Shown here: one piece after another, positions 17,618 to 27,649 of the stretch
How positions within the stretch are numbered: the first letter of the stretch is position 1
Layout of the letters: the number at the start of each line of letters is the position of its first letter
NCBI GenBank assembly: GCA_040386535.1
Contig: JAZKFH010000013.1
Span: 64,001 to 128,000 of the forward strand
Length of the DNA stretch: 64,000 nucleotides
Direction of reading: 5' to 3'
From: Myxococcota bacterium
Lineage (GTDB): Bacteria > Myxococcota_A > UBA796 > SXON01
Position numbers and translations under genes: made by a program
The notes under the pieces: model-generated
What the model was told of the DNA's origin: nothing
The model's input: only the letters and a program-made list of their open reading frames with translations
Database searches by the model: none

Positions 17618-19135
17618 CTACACCGGCTCCGGTGTCACCCGGCCCGGCGGGATGGGGAGCCGCCGCTCGCGCTCGGCGAGGAAGGTGAAGAGTTTTCCGG
17701 CGCTCTGCGCCTTGTGGCGCAGATCGGTCAACGAGCCCACGTTCCGCACCTGCCACCAGAGCCCGCGCGGTGAGAGGTACTGGCCCGCGTAGGCGAGCTT
17801 GAGCGCCACGCGCAGCTCCTTCGCGGAGAGGTGGGGGAGGTTCACGATCACGTCACGGACGTTGTCGGCGGGCGTGAAGTCGCCGTCGACGAACCAGCCC
17901 TCCTTGCGCGCGATGTCGTAGAGCTCGGTCGAGGGGGCCGGCAGCGCCACGGAGAAGTGGACGAAGCGGGTGCCGAGGCGGCGCGAGGCCCGCCACGACC
18001 ACCACAGGGTCTTCCACGTCTCGTTGGGGGAGGCGCCCATGAGCACGCTCACCTCGGGCTCCACCCCGTTCTCACGGCACACCTTCACCGCCTTCTCGAT
18101 GTCCTTGACCTTGATCTCCTTGACCATGTCCTCGAGCAGGCCGTCGTCGAAGCTCTCCGAGCCCATGTAGACCATCTTGCAGCCGGCCTTCGCCATGGCC
18201 TGGATGGTCTTGGGATCGTGGAGCATGTTCGCGCGGGCGAGGCAGATCCAATGCAGGCCGAGGTGCTCGATCCGCTCGCAGATCTCCTGCGTGCGGGCCT
18301 TGCCCCAGGTGAAGATGTTGTCGGCCACCTCGACGCCCTTGTACCCGAGCGCCGCGATGTCCTCGAACTCCTGGACGATCTGATCGACGGTCCGTTTGCG
18401 GAGCGGCGGGCGGTCCACGTACCACTCGGGCTGCAGGCGCTTGAACTCGAGCTCAATCGCCTGGTCGATGGCGTTGGGGGTGCAGAACGTGCAGCGGAAC
18501 CCGCAGCCGCGGCTCACGACCATCGTGGTGATCGGGTGCACGTCGAGGCGGTTTGCGCGGTAATTTCCGCGCAACATGCGGCGATCCGGCATGGGGAGCT
18601 CGCTGACGTCGAGCAGCTTGCGGAACGGGTTGCGACGCACCTCGCCCGTGGCCGACTTCCACGCGAGCCCGTCGATCTTGTCGAGCGCGCCGCTGGCTTT
18701 CCAGGCGCGATCCAACTCGAGCAGGGTGTGCTCGGGCTCGCCCAGGAGGCAGAAACAATCCTCGTCGTCGAGGAACTCCTCGGGCTTCCACGTGGCGGCG
18801 GTGCCCATGAACACGGCGCGCATGGCGGGGTTGCGCATGCGCAGGAGCCGCATCGCCATCAGGTCCTCTTCCGCGGAGAGGTACACGGCCCACGAGCAGG
18901 CAACGTCGAACCGCTCCGCGTCCGCGAAGGCGGTGAACGCCGCGGCGTCCATCCCTTCGGCGGGGCAGTCCAGGAAACGGATGTCCCAGCCGGCCCACTC
19001 GCGCATCGCCGTGGCGACCTGGAGCAGGTGGATGGGCGGCTTGTAGTCGTACCCGAAGTTGCAGCCATACACGCGGTCGATCGGGCTCTTTCGCCGATTG
19101 AAGTCGGGCGGGGGGACGTAGAAGAGCACGCGCAT
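17618..19135 (-). CDS. B12-binding domain-containing radical SAM protein
   Basis: N-terminal cobalamin-binding-like region (PP..L...A, GEPE.T); SRGCGFRCTFC CxxxCxxC motif; DNIFT, GCKMVYMGSES, P.PSTELY. Confidence 0.9.
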   Translation of the reverse strand: MRVLFYVPPPDFNRRKSPIDRVYGCNFGYDYKPPIHLLQVATAMREWAGWDIRFLDCPAEGMDAAAFTAFADAERFDVACSWAVYLSAEEDLMAMRLLRMRNPAMRAVFMGTAATWKPEEFLDDEDCFCLLGEPEHTLLELDRAWKASGALDKIDGLAWKSATGEVRRNPFRKLLDVSELPMPDRRMLRGNYRANRLDVHPITTMVVSRGCGFRCTFCTPNAIDQAIELEFKRLQPEWYVDRPPLRKRTVDQIVQEFEDIAALGYKGVEVADNIFTWGKARTQEICERIEHLGLHWICLARANMLHDPKTIQAMAKAGCKMVYMGSESFDDGLLEDMVKEIKVKDIEKAVKVCRENGVEPEVSVLMGASPNETWKTLWWSWRASRRLGTRFVHFSVALPAPSTELYDIARKEGWFVDGDFTPADNVRDVIVNLPHLSAKELRVALKLAYAGQYLSPRGLWWQVRNVGSLTDLRHKAQSAGKLFTFLAERERRLPIPPGRVTPEPV

Positions 19136-19228
19136 GGGGACTCCGACGTGAGCGGGCGGCGACAGGACGGGCGGCGAATCGCGCCGAGTGTAGCCGGGTG
19201 CGTGCTCGCTCCGCGCCTCCCGGTCGTC

Positions 19229-20440
19229 CTAAGAGTGTGCCCGCGTCGACGTGATCTCTCGGTACACCGTCTCCAGGCGCGCGAGAAAGGGTGCGACGGC
19301 GCGGTCGCGGAGCACCCGCTCGCGGCCCCGGTTTCCGAGCTTGGCGGCTCGATCCGGGTCGGCCAGCAACCCGTCGACGACATCCGCGAGTCGCGTCGGA
19401 TCAGCGGGGGGGACGAGCACGCCGTCGACCCCGTCTTCGATCTGCTCGGGGATCCCGCCGACCGCCGCGGCCACCACGGCGCGCCCCGCGAGCTGCCCCT
19501 CGAGGACCGCGTACGGGAAGTTCTCCGGCCATCGCGACGGCACCGCGACGACACCCGCGTTCCGGAGCGCCGTGGCGAGCCGCGCGGGCGGCACGTTCCC
19601 GTAGAAGCGGACGTGCGCGGGCGCCTGGCGCTCGAGGCGGGCGCGCTCGGGGCCGTCTCCGTAGACGTGGAGCGGGCGGCCTGGGAGGCGGCGCGCCGCG
19701 GCGAGTAGATCGTCCACGCCCTTCTCGGGGGACAGGCGCCCGGCGTACACCCAGTGGTCGCCGATAGGCCCGCCCGCGGGCGTGGGCTCGACGGGGTTGG
19801 GGAGGTGGGTCACCCGGGAGGCGGGGACCCCGAACGCCACCAGCTGATCGGCCAGGAAGCGCGAGGGGCACAGGAATCGATCGACCTTGTCCCAGAGCCC
19901 CATCCGCGCGTGCAGCCACTTCTCGAGCGCGACGGCCGCGGACTGCGCGAAATCGTCCCGCTTGCAGCGGAGCCGCACCGCGTTCTCGTAGGCGTGGCCC
20001 TTGCAAAGCGTGCACGGAGCGCCGTGTGTGTAGAGCTGGCCGTTGGCGCAGATGAGCTCGTAGTCGTGCACGGTCCACACCACGGGCACGCCAGCGCGGC
20101 GCAGCGGCCCGAGGATCGACGGCGTGAGGTGGCGGTGCACGTGGTGCAGGTGCGCGACGTCGGGGCGGTGATCGTGCAGTAGCGCCTCGATCGCGCGCGC
20201 CGCAGCGAAGGAGTGGAGGGAGGCCGCCACCGCCGCGAGGCGCTCCACCCCGCGCACGCCCCACACGTCCAACTGGGGAGGAAACCGTACCTCCCAGGGG
20301 CTCGGTTGGTTGCTCGGGTGGCGCATGGCAAAGGGCACGACCGTGTGGCCGTGGAGCTCGAGCCCCCGCCACATGGCGAACACACACGTGGTGTCCCCGC
20401 CCCGAGGATGCAGGAAGGACGAGCAGAGGAGCACGTTCAC
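19229..20440 (-). CDS. Glycosyltransferase family 4
   Basis: GTGA overlap start; PDVAHLH, VWTVHDY.L.C, GRLSPEKG and ENFPYAVLEG motifs. Confidence 0.9.
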   Translation of the reverse strand: MNVLLCSSFLHPRGGDTTCVFAMWRGLELHGHTVVPFAMRHPSNQPSPWEVRFPPQLDVWGVRGVERLAAVAASLHSFAAARAIEALLHDHRPDVAHLHHVHRHLTPSILGPLRRAGVPVVWTVHDYELICANGQLYTHGAPCTLCKGHAYENAVRLRCKRDDFAQSAAVALEKWLHARMGLWDKVDRFLCPSRFLADQLVAFGVPASRVTHLPNPVEPTPAGGPIGDHWVYAGRLSPEKGVDDLLAAARRLPGRPLHVYGDGPERARLERQAPAHVRFYGNVPPARLATALRNAGVVAVPSRWPENFPYAVLEGQLAGRAVVAAAVGGIPEQIEDGVDGVLVPPADPTRLADVVDGLLADPDRAAKLGNRGRERVLRDRAVAPFLARLETVYREITSTRAHS

Positions 20441-21630
20441 GCGGCTCTCCGGTGGGACAGGCCCCATACGATCCCCAGCGGGATCCAGTGGGTCTGGGAG
20501 AAGGTCTCGGTGGAGAGGAGCAGGTTGACGTGGAGCGCCACGAACGTGGCCCAGAGGCCCACGTCGAGGTTTACGGGCGCGAGGCCGTCGGGGGCGATCG
20601 GGCCGAGGGGCGCGCGCCGCCGCAGCCGGATCGCCATCGCGCCGACGAAGCCGAGGTACCCCAGGAGGCCCACCCCGCCGTACTCGCCGACCACCTTCTG
20701 CACCGCTCCGTGCGCGTCCACACCGTTGACCCGGTAGTGCGGGAAGGTCTGCATCTCGACCCGCACGCTCGCGCCGCCGCCCATGCCGAGCACCGGGTGG
20801 TTCGCCGCCATCTCCCACGCCCGCTTGTCGAGCGAGTGGCGGGATCGCGCGGCGTCCAGCTGGACGTTCGACCGCATCAGCAGTGGCCCGTAGAGGGCGC
20901 CGAGCACGCCGAGCACCACGACGCCGGCGAGCACGCCGTTCCGGGACGCCAGCGTGCGGCCCCGCCAGACCACGACAAAGGTGAGGCCCGCGGCCGTGGC
21001 AATCCATGCGGTGCGGGAGAGCGAGAGCGCGATCGCGACGACTGCCACCCCTGCGACGGCGAGATCCACGCGCCCTCGTCGTAACGAGAGGACCAACGGA
21101 ACGAGCGGGGCGAGCGCGACGGCCAGGGTCTTGTGGTTGTTGGTGAGCCCGTCGATCGCGGCGAACCACAACGTGTTTCCGGCGGCGATGCGCCCGACCG
21201 ACGTGGCGAGAGACACGAGCGTGGCGAGCAGGACCGTCGCGAGCAGGAGCCGACGCAACGTGACACGTGTCACTACGTGTGACACGGTCCAGGCGAGCGC
21301 GATGCCATACGCGACGTAGAAGAACACCGGCTTGCGCAGGAGGAACCACGCGGCGGCGCCGCGATCGGGCACCGTGGCGAGCGCGAGGAAGCCCACGATC
21401 ACGAGCAGGGCGTAGCCGATGAGGCCGGGGGGCCGCAGAGGGGCAGCCCGTCGCCCGGAGAGCCACACGAGCGCCACGATCGGCACCAGCGCGGCGCCCG
21501 CGAGGTCGGCGAGCGGCGTGTCGAGGTGGCCCCCGAGTAGCGCGAGATCGACGCCGAGGTCGATGTAGGGGAAGGCCAGGACGAGGATGGCGACGAGCAG
21601 GACGGCCGCGCCCGCGAGAAGGGAGCTCAT
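20437..21630 (-). CDS. O-antigen ligase/Wzy polymerase family membrane protein
   Basis: About 10 TM helices; SLSRTAW, HPVLGMGGG and AHG......GEYG.VG motifs; ATGA overlap with the flippase gene. Confidence 0.8.
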   Translation of the reverse strand: MSSLLAGAAVLLVAILVLAFPYIDLGVDLALLGGHLDTPLADLAGAALVPIVALVWLSGRRAAPLRPPGLIGYALLVIVGFLALATVPDRGAAAWFLLRKPVFFYVAYGIALAWTVSHVVTRVTLRRLLLATVLLATLVSLATSVGRIAAGNTLWFAAIDGLTNNHKTLAVALAPLVPLVLSLRRGRVDLAVAGVAVVAIALSLSRTAWIATAAGLTFVVVWRGRTLASRNGVLAGVVVLGVLGALYGPLLMRSNVQLDAARSRHSLDKRAWEMAANHPVLGMGGGASVRVEMQTFPHYRVNGVDAHGAVQKVVGEYGGVGLLGYLGFVGAMAIRLRRRAPLGPIAPDGLAPVNLDVGLWATFVALHVNLLLSTETFSQTHWIPLGIVWGLSHRRAA

Positions 21631-23090
21631 GGTGTTCCGCGCGCGCGGAGCGCGCCCACCCCGAGGAGGCCGAAGAAGGGGAGGCTCGCGGCCCACAACC
21701 AGGGGTCGGTCACGGAAGGGGGCGAGAACCCGCGGGCGACCGCGACGAGCGTGAGCGCGCCGCTCACCCCGGCGAGCGCCACGGCGCTCCAACCCTTCGC
21801 GGCCGGGAACACACCGCGTAGATCCGGGAGGAGCCGCCCGAAGGAGACGAGGGTGACCACCGCGGTGGTGATGCTCGTGGCGACGGCGAGGCCGACCAGC
21901 CCGAACGAGGGCATCAGGACGGCGTTGAGCACCGCGTTGAGGCCGAGCGAGAGCGCGCCGAGCGCGAGCACGAGGCGGTAGCGGCCCGCCACGATGTGGG
22001 CCTTGGAGATGAGCGCGCCGAGGAGCGAGAAGAACACGCCGGGCAGGTAGGCGCCGAGCGTGGCCGCGGTGATCGTGGTGTGCTCGACGGTGAAGGCGCC
22101 GTCCTCGTAGAGGAGCCGCACGAGGGCCTCGCGGCCGATCGCCATCCCCGCGAGGACCGGCGGCGCCAGCAGGCACACCCACCAGAGCGCCGTCGCGACC
22201 GCGCGGTGCCGGCCCTCGTCCTCGCCGCGCGCCCGCGCCGCTGCCCAGGCGTTGAACGCCACGACCAGGAGCGTGCTCTCGAGCAGGGTCTGGGGGATCA
22301 TCCGCGCGCGATCGGCGTACTCGAGCAGGCTCACGCTGCCCTCGGCGCCGCCGCCGGCGAAGAGCTTGTCGACGATGAGGTTGAGCGCCACCATCGTCTC
22401 GCCGCCGAGCACGGGGCCGAACGCGCGCGCCGCTTCGCCGAGCTCCGGAGGCAAGGAGAACACGGGGCGCGGCCGGATCCCCTCGCGCCACAACACCCCG
22501 GCGAGCAGGGTCACCTCGGCGAGGCTGCCGCACAGCACCCCGAGAGGGAGCACCAGGGGGCCGTGCTCCCGCAAGGTGCCCACGATGGCGATCGTCGTGA
22601 CCGCTCGCACAACGGGCGCGCCCGCGGGGCCGGAGAAGCGCCCGTGGACCTCACACGCCGCCTTGAGCACCGCCGCCACCGCCACGGCGACGAGGAAGGG
22701 TACCAGCGCCCACGCGAATTGGACGGTGAGGCCCTGGGTGTGCGCGTCGAACCGGGTGACACGTGGGAGGATCCAGGGCGCGGTGATCGCGACGGCGGCG
22801 CCGAGCGAGAGGGCGAGGCCCGCCGCGAGGGTCGCGCTCGCCCCGATGAAGCCCACCACGCGGTCGGGCGCGGTGACGCGGAGGCGCGCCAGGACAGGCA
22901 CCAGCACGGTGCCCATCGTCGTGCTCCCCAGGATGAGCAGGAACGTGGGGACGGACAGCGCCCAATAGAAGGCGTCGGTCGCCGACTGAACGCCGTACCA
23001 GCGCGCGATGAAGATCGGGACGAAGAAGGCGACCGCACGCGCGGCCACCGCGAGCGGCGCGAGGAGCAGCGTGGTGCGGCCGATGGACAT
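21627..23090 (-). CDS. MurJ/MviN-like lipid-linked sugar flippase
   Basis: A.WYG....TDAF, VDK.FA....GSVS.L.YA.R, RLLYE.GAF motifs and ~14 TM helices; lies in a polysaccharide operon so may act as Wzx. Confidence 0.85.
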   Translation of the reverse strand: MSIGRTTLLLAPLAVAARAVAFFVPIFIARWYGVQSATDAFYWALSVPTFLLILGSTTMGTVLVPVLARLRVTAPDRVVGFIGASATLAAGLALSLGAAVAITAPWILPRVTRFDAHTQGLTVQFAWALVPFLVAVAVAAVLKAACEVHGRFSGPAGAPVVRAVTTIAIVGTLREHGPLVLPLGVLCGSLAEVTLLAGVLWREGIRPRPVFSLPPELGEAARAFGPVLGGETMVALNLIVDKLFAGGGAEGSVSLLEYADRARMIPQTLLESTLLVVAFNAWAAARARGEDEGRHRAVATALWWVCLLAPPVLAGMAIGREALVRLLYEDGAFTVEHTTITAATLGAYLPGVFFSLLGALISKAHIVAGRYRLVLALGALSLGLNAVLNAVLMPSFGLVGLAVATSITTAVVTLVSFGRLLPDLRGVFPAAKGWSAVALAGVSGALTLVAVARGFSPPSVTDPWLWAASLPFFGLLGVGALRARGTP

Positions 23091-23181
23091 CCGCGCGCAG
23101 TCTAACGGCGTGGCGCGGACCGCCTCAATTCCGACGGACGAGCCGCGCCCCTCGCCGCGTCACACGGTAGACTTCCAATCG

Positions 23182-24495
23182 TTGCTGTTCTTCTTCGCCT
23201 TCGTTGCCTGCTCGTCGGTGGAGCCCGCAGAGACGGGCGCCCTGCCTTTCGCGGACGTCGTCGGCACGCGCGGCACGGAGATCGGCTGGCCGTCGCCCGA
23301 CGCGCTGACGGTCGCCACGGCGCCGCCGTACGCATGCGCGGAGGACATCTTCGTCGCCCAGACCGGCTACTCCGTCGACACCCCGGTGCTCTCCGATCAG
23401 CACCTGGACGTGCTCGGCGAGGTGCCGGCGCCCCGACAGGTACACGTCGGGTGGTCCGGCGATCCATCCACCACCATGACGATGATCTGGCGGACGGACG
23501 CGGAGACCTTCTCCACCCAGCTCCAGATCGGGCCGGACTCCTCCTACGGCACCACCCTCTCGGGCGGCAGCTTCATGCTCGGCACCACCACCGCGGATGG
23601 CCGCGTGCACGAGGTGCGCGTGTGTGGGCTCACCCCGGGCACGACGTGGCACTACCGGGTCGGGGGGGAGGGCGCCTGGTCCGAGGACTACTCCTTCACC
23701 ACCGCGCCGCCCCGGGGCAGCACCGAGCCGTTCGTGTTCGGCGTCGCGGGCGACTCGCGCGGCAGCCCGACCACCTGGGCCGCGGTCCTCGCGGGCATGG
23801 CTTCCCACGGCGTCGAATTCCGGCTCTTCACCGGGGACGCCGTGGTGCAGGGGTCGCGGGTGAACGAGTGGGACGACTGGTACGACGCGGGCGCCGGCTA
23901 CGTCGAGAGCGTGCCGACGATGATGGTCAACGGCAACCACGAGGGCCTCGCCCAGCCCTACTTCGCCCTCGCCGCGCTCCCGGGCACCGAGGAGTGGTAC
24001 AGCTTCGACTACGCCAACGTCCACTTCGCGACGTGGAACGACACGGTCGCGAGCACCACCGACTGGTCGGTCCAATCGAGCTGGCTCGCCGAGGATCTGG
24101 CGGCGACCACCCAACCGTGGAAGGTCGTGTACCACCACAAGCCGGCGTATTCAGGCTGCCGTCCCAACGGAGAGGACGCGAACGTGCGCACCTGGTTCGT
24201 ACCGGTCGAGGAGGCGGGTGGCGTACAGCTCGACCTGGCCGGCCACAACCACAACTACGAGCGCTCCGTGCCGCTCCTCGGCGCCGTCGAGGTGCCCCAG
24301 ACGGACGGCGTCACCTACGTCGTGACCGCCGGCTCCGGCGCGCCCCTCTACGAGAACAACCAGGGCCACAGCTACACCGCGGTGACCGTCGAGACTCACC
24401 ACTACATGATCGGCGTGGTCGACGGGGATCTCATGACGATGACCGCCTACGACATCGCCGGCAACGTGCTGGACAGCTTCACGCTGACTCCCTGA
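23182..24495 (+). CDS. Purple acid phosphatase-like metallophosphoesterase lipoprotein
   Basis: TTG 23182 gives (M)LFFFAFVA-C; PAP N-terminal FN3-like domain (P.QVH, H.V...GL.PGT...YRVG); GD, GD, GNHE, HH and GHNH motifs. Confidence 0.85.
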   Translation: MLFFFAFVACSSVEPAETGALPFADVVGTRGTEIGWPSPDALTVATAPPYACAEDIFVAQTGYSVDTPVLSDQHLDVLGEVPAPRQVHVGWSGDPSTTMTMIWRTDAETFSTQLQIGPDSSYGTTLSGGSFMLGTTTADGRVHEVRVCGLTPGTTWHYRVGGEGAWSEDYSFTTAPPRGSTEPFVFGVAGDSRGSPTTWAAVLAGMASHGVEFRLFTGDAVVQGSRVNEWDDWYDAGAGYVESVPTMMVNGNHEGLAQPYFALAALPGTEEWYSFDYANVHFATWNDTVASTTDWSVQSSWLAEDLAATTQPWKVVYHHKPAYSGCRPNGEDANVRTWFVPVEEAGGVQLDLAGHNHNYERSVPLLGAVEVPQTDGVTYVVTAGSGAPLYENNQGHSYTAVTVETHHYMIGVVDGDLMTMTAYDIAGNVLDSFTLTP

Positions 24496-24585
24496 TCGAC
24501 GCCTGATCCGCGCCCTGACGAAGGGAGACGGGCCCGGGCGATGCCGCGCCGCCGGAGGGGTGCACCCTCTCCGGTGGAGGTGACG

Positions 24586-25053
24586 ATGAAGACCGTCCGC
24601 GACATCATGAGCCCCGACCCCGCGACCTGCACCCCCGACACGACCATCCCCGAGATCGCCCGGATGATGGTGGAATTCGACTGTGGCGCCATCCCCGTGG
24701 TGGACTCCGACGACGAGCCGCGCCCCGTCGGGATCCTCACCGACCGGGACATCGTCTGCCGGCTCATCGCCGAGGGGCTCAACCCGCTCGACTGCGAAGC
24801 GTCCGACTGCATGACGACCCCGTGCATCACCGTCCCGGTCGACAGCGACGTCAACGCCGCCCGTGACCTGTTCACGCAGAACAAGATCCGCCGCCTCGTG
24901 GTGGTGGACCAGAACGGCTGCTGCTGCGGCATGGTGTCCATCGCCGACCTGGTGCTCGAGACCAGCGACACGGGCATCGTCCGGGAGGTGTCCGAGCCCA
25001 CGGAGACCCCGTCCGAGGTGCAGGCGAAGGCCAAGGAGACCGAGCCCGCGTAG
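24586..25053 (+). CDS. CBS-pair domain protein
   Basis: GGAGG RBS; VRDIMS, CGAIPVV, GILTDRDIV and IRRL.VV....GMVSIADL motifs. Confidence 0.9.
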   Translation: MKTVRDIMSPDPATCTPDTTIPEIARMMVEFDCGAIPVVDSDDEPRPVGILTDRDIVCRLIAEGLNPLDCEASDCMTTPCITVPVDSDVNAARDLFTQNKIRRLVVVDQNGCCCGMVSIADLVLETSDTGIVREVSEPTETPSEVQAKAKETEPA

Positions 25054-25235
25054 CCGCGAGGGGGAGGGGGAGGACACGGGGGCGGGCGGCGCTGCGAGGA
25101 TCGCGCACGCCGCCCTTGCACCCCCGGTCCCTGCCGGGGTACCCCATGCGCCCTCCCGGCCGCTCCCCGCGGCCTCCCCACCCGCGCCCCCTCCGTCGGA
25201 GGTCGGGCCGGACCCGCCTCCCATCCCCCGGTCCC

Positions 25236-27635
25236 ATGTCCAAGCTGACCATTCCGGCGCGCATCGCCGCGTCCATCGCCGCTCAGTCCTCCCAGGTAAC
25301 GGCGGCGATCGAGCTGCTCGACGGCGGCGCGACCGTGCCCTTCGTCGCCCGCTACCGCAAAGAGGTGACCGGCGGCCTCGACGACATCCAGCTCCGCGCG
25401 CTCGAGACGCTCCTCGGCGAGCTCCGCGAGCTCGAATCGCGGCGCGAGGCGATCCTCAAGAGTGTCGCCGACCAGGGCGCGCTCACGCCCGAGCTCGAGG
25501 CCGACATCGTCGCGGCGGACTCCCGCGAGCGGCTCGAGGACCTGTACCTGCCGTACCGCCCGAAATACCGGAGCCGCGGCGAGATCGCGCGCGAGAAGGG
25601 GCTGGGCCCGCTCGCCGACGCGCTCCTGGCGCACCCCGAGGTGGCCCCCGAGGCCGCCGCCGCCGCCTACGTGGACGCCGAGAAGGAGGTCGCGTCCGTG
25701 GAGGAAGCCCTGGCCGGCGCGCGCGACATCCTGACCGAGCGCATGGCCGAAGACGCCGAGCTCGTCGGGCAGATCCGCGATCACGCGCGGCAGGTGGGCG
25801 TGCTCAAGGTGCGGGTCGTGGAGGGCAAGGAGGCCGAAGGGGTGCGCTTCCGGGACTGGTACGCCTGGGAGGAGCCCGTGGCGCGCGTCCCGAGCCATCG
25901 CGCCCTCGCGTTCCTGCGCGGCCGCAACGAGGGGGTGCTCCGCATCGAGCTCGCCGTGGACGCGGACGACGTGTCGCCGATGCGCCCCGCGGAGCGCATG
26001 GTGGCCACGCGGTTCGGCATCGCGGAGAAGGGCCGCCCCGGTGACCCCTGGCTGGTGGAGACCGCGCGGCAGGCGGGCCGGTGGCGCATCGGCTTCCACG
26101 TCGAGCTGAACCTGACCGAGGAGATGCGCAAGCGCGCCGAGGCCGAGGCCATCGAGGTGTTCGCGCTGAACATGCGCGACATCCTGCTCGCCGCGCCGGC
26201 CGGCCCCCGCGCCACCCTCGGGCTCGACCCCGGGCTGCGCACCGGCGTGAAGGTGGCCGTGGTCGACGTGACCGGCAAGGTCGTCGCCACCGACACCATC
26301 TACCCGCACGTGCCGCGCAACGACTGGGAGGGCTCCCTCCGCACGCTCGAGGCGATCGTGAACCGCCACGGCGTCGAGCTCGTCGCCATCGGCAACGGCA
26401 CGGCGTCCCGCGAGACCGACAAGCTCGCCGTCGAGCTCATGAAGCGGTGCCCCAACGTCCAGCGCGTGACGGTGAGCGAGGCGGGCGCCTCGGTTTACTC
26501 GGCGTCCGAGATCGCGTCGCAGGAGCTGCCGAACCTCGACGTCTCGATCCGGGGCGCGGTGTCGATCGCCAGGCGCCTCCAGGACCCGCTCGCCGAGCTG
26601 GTGAAGATCGATCCGAAGTCGATCGGCGTCGGGCAGTACCAGCACGACGTCGACGCGTGGCAGCTCGGCAAGGCGCTCGACGGCACCGTCGAGGACTGCG
26701 TGAACGCGGTCGGGGTCGACCTGAACATGGCGTCGCCGGCGTTGCTGCGCCGGGTGGCGGGGCTCGATCCGTGGCTCGCCGAGCAGATCGTGAGCTGGCG
26801 GGACCAGAACGGCGCCTACACCAGCCGCCAGGCGCTGATGGGCGTCTCCGGGATGACGGAGCGCACGTTCGAGCAGTGCGCCGGCTTCCTGCGCATCCGC
26901 GGCGGGGACGACCCGCTCGACGCTTCCGCGGTGCATCCGGAGGCCTACCCCGTCGTGCACCGCATCCTTCAGAAGACGGGCCGCGGGCTCGCGGCGCTCA
27001 TGGGTGACGCGGGCGTGCTCACGACGCTCCGCCCCGCCGACTTCGTCGACGCGCGCTTCGGCGTCCCGACGGTCAAGGACATCCTGGCCGAGCTCGGCAA
27101 GCCGGGCCGCGATCCGCGCCCTTCGTTCGTCACGGCGAAGTTCATGGAGGGCGTGGAGACCATGGGGGACCTGCACCCCGGCATGGAGCTCGAGGGCACG
27201 GTCACCAACGTGACGCAATTCGGCGCCTTCGTGGACATCGGCGTGCACCAGGACGGGCTCGTGCACGTGTCCCAGCTCGCCGACCGCTTCATCAAGGAAG
27301 CGCGCGAGGTCGTGCGCACCGGGCAGACCGTCAAGGTGCGCGTGGTCGAGGTCGATCACGCCCGCAAGCGCATCGCGCTCACGATGCGGACCGACGCGGC
27401 GGCGGCGACGAGCGGCGGCGGTGGCGGCTCGGCCCCGGCGAGCACCGGTCGCTCCGACGGGCGCCCGGATGGCCCACGGGGCCCCAATCAGGGCAACCGG
27501 GGCGGCGGGCACGCCGGTCCTCGAGGAGGCACAGGGCCGTCGCAGCCGCAGATGCGCTCCTCCGCGCCGGCGGTGTCGAAGCAGCCGGACGGCATGATGG
27601 CCGACGCGTTGAAGAAGGCGCTCGGCCGCGGGTAG
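25236..27635 (+). CDS. tex: Tex family RNA-binding transcription accessory protein
   Basis: LLDGGATVPFVARYRKE.TGGLD, LEDLYLPYRPK, GLDPGLRTG.K, IGNGTASRET, IGVGQYQHDV and C-terminal S1 domain. Confidence 0.96.
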   Translation: MSKLTIPARIAASIAAQSSQVTAAIELLDGGATVPFVARYRKEVTGGLDDIQLRALETLLGELRELESRREAILKSVADQGALTPELEADIVAADSRERLEDLYLPYRPKYRSRGEIAREKGLGPLADALLAHPEVAPEAAAAAYVDAEKEVASVEEALAGARDILTERMAEDAELVGQIRDHARQVGVLKVRVVEGKEAEGVRFRDWYAWEEPVARVPSHRALAFLRGRNEGVLRIELAVDADDVSPMRPAERMVATRFGIAEKGRPGDPWLVETARQAGRWRIGFHVELNLTEEMRKRAEAEAIEVFALNMRDILLAAPAGPRATLGLDPGLRTGVKVAVVDVTGKVVATDTIYPHVPRNDWEGSLRTLEAIVNRHGVELVAIGNGTASRETDKLAVELMKRCPNVQRVTVSEAGASVYSASEIASQELPNLDVSIRGAVSIARRLQDPLAELVKIDPKSIGVGQYQHDVDAWQLGKALDGTVEDCVNAVGVDLNMASPALLRRVAGLDPWLAEQIVSWRDQNGAYTSRQALMGVSGMTERTFEQCAGFLRIRGGDDPLDASAVHPEAYPVVHRILQKTGRGLAALMGDAGVLTTLRPADFVDARFGVPTVKDILAELGKPGRDPRPSFVTAKFMEGVETMGDLHPGMELEGTVTNVTQFGAFVDIGVHQDGLVHVSQLADRFIKEAREVVRTGQTVKVRVVEVDHARKRIALTMRTDAAAATSGGGGGSAPASTGRSDGRPDGPRGPNQGNRGGGHAGPRGGTGPSQPQMRSSAPAVSKQPDGMMADALKKALGRG

Positions 27636-27649
27636 TCGGCGCGTGGCGC

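Noticed and set aside
21263..21285. GTGACACGTGTCAC palindrome and TGTGACAC repeat
   Set aside because: Inside the Wzy-like coding sequence (VSHVVTRVT); no independent support for a regulatory role.
21627..23090. Assigning the symbol murJ
   Set aside because: Family is clear, but coupling to Wzy-like and GT4 genes suggests a polysaccharide flippase; orthology cannot be shown here.
25054..25235. G-rich then C-rich spacer upstream of tex as a riboswitch or ncRNA
   Set aside because: No recognisable conserved motif; pairing is explained by composition.
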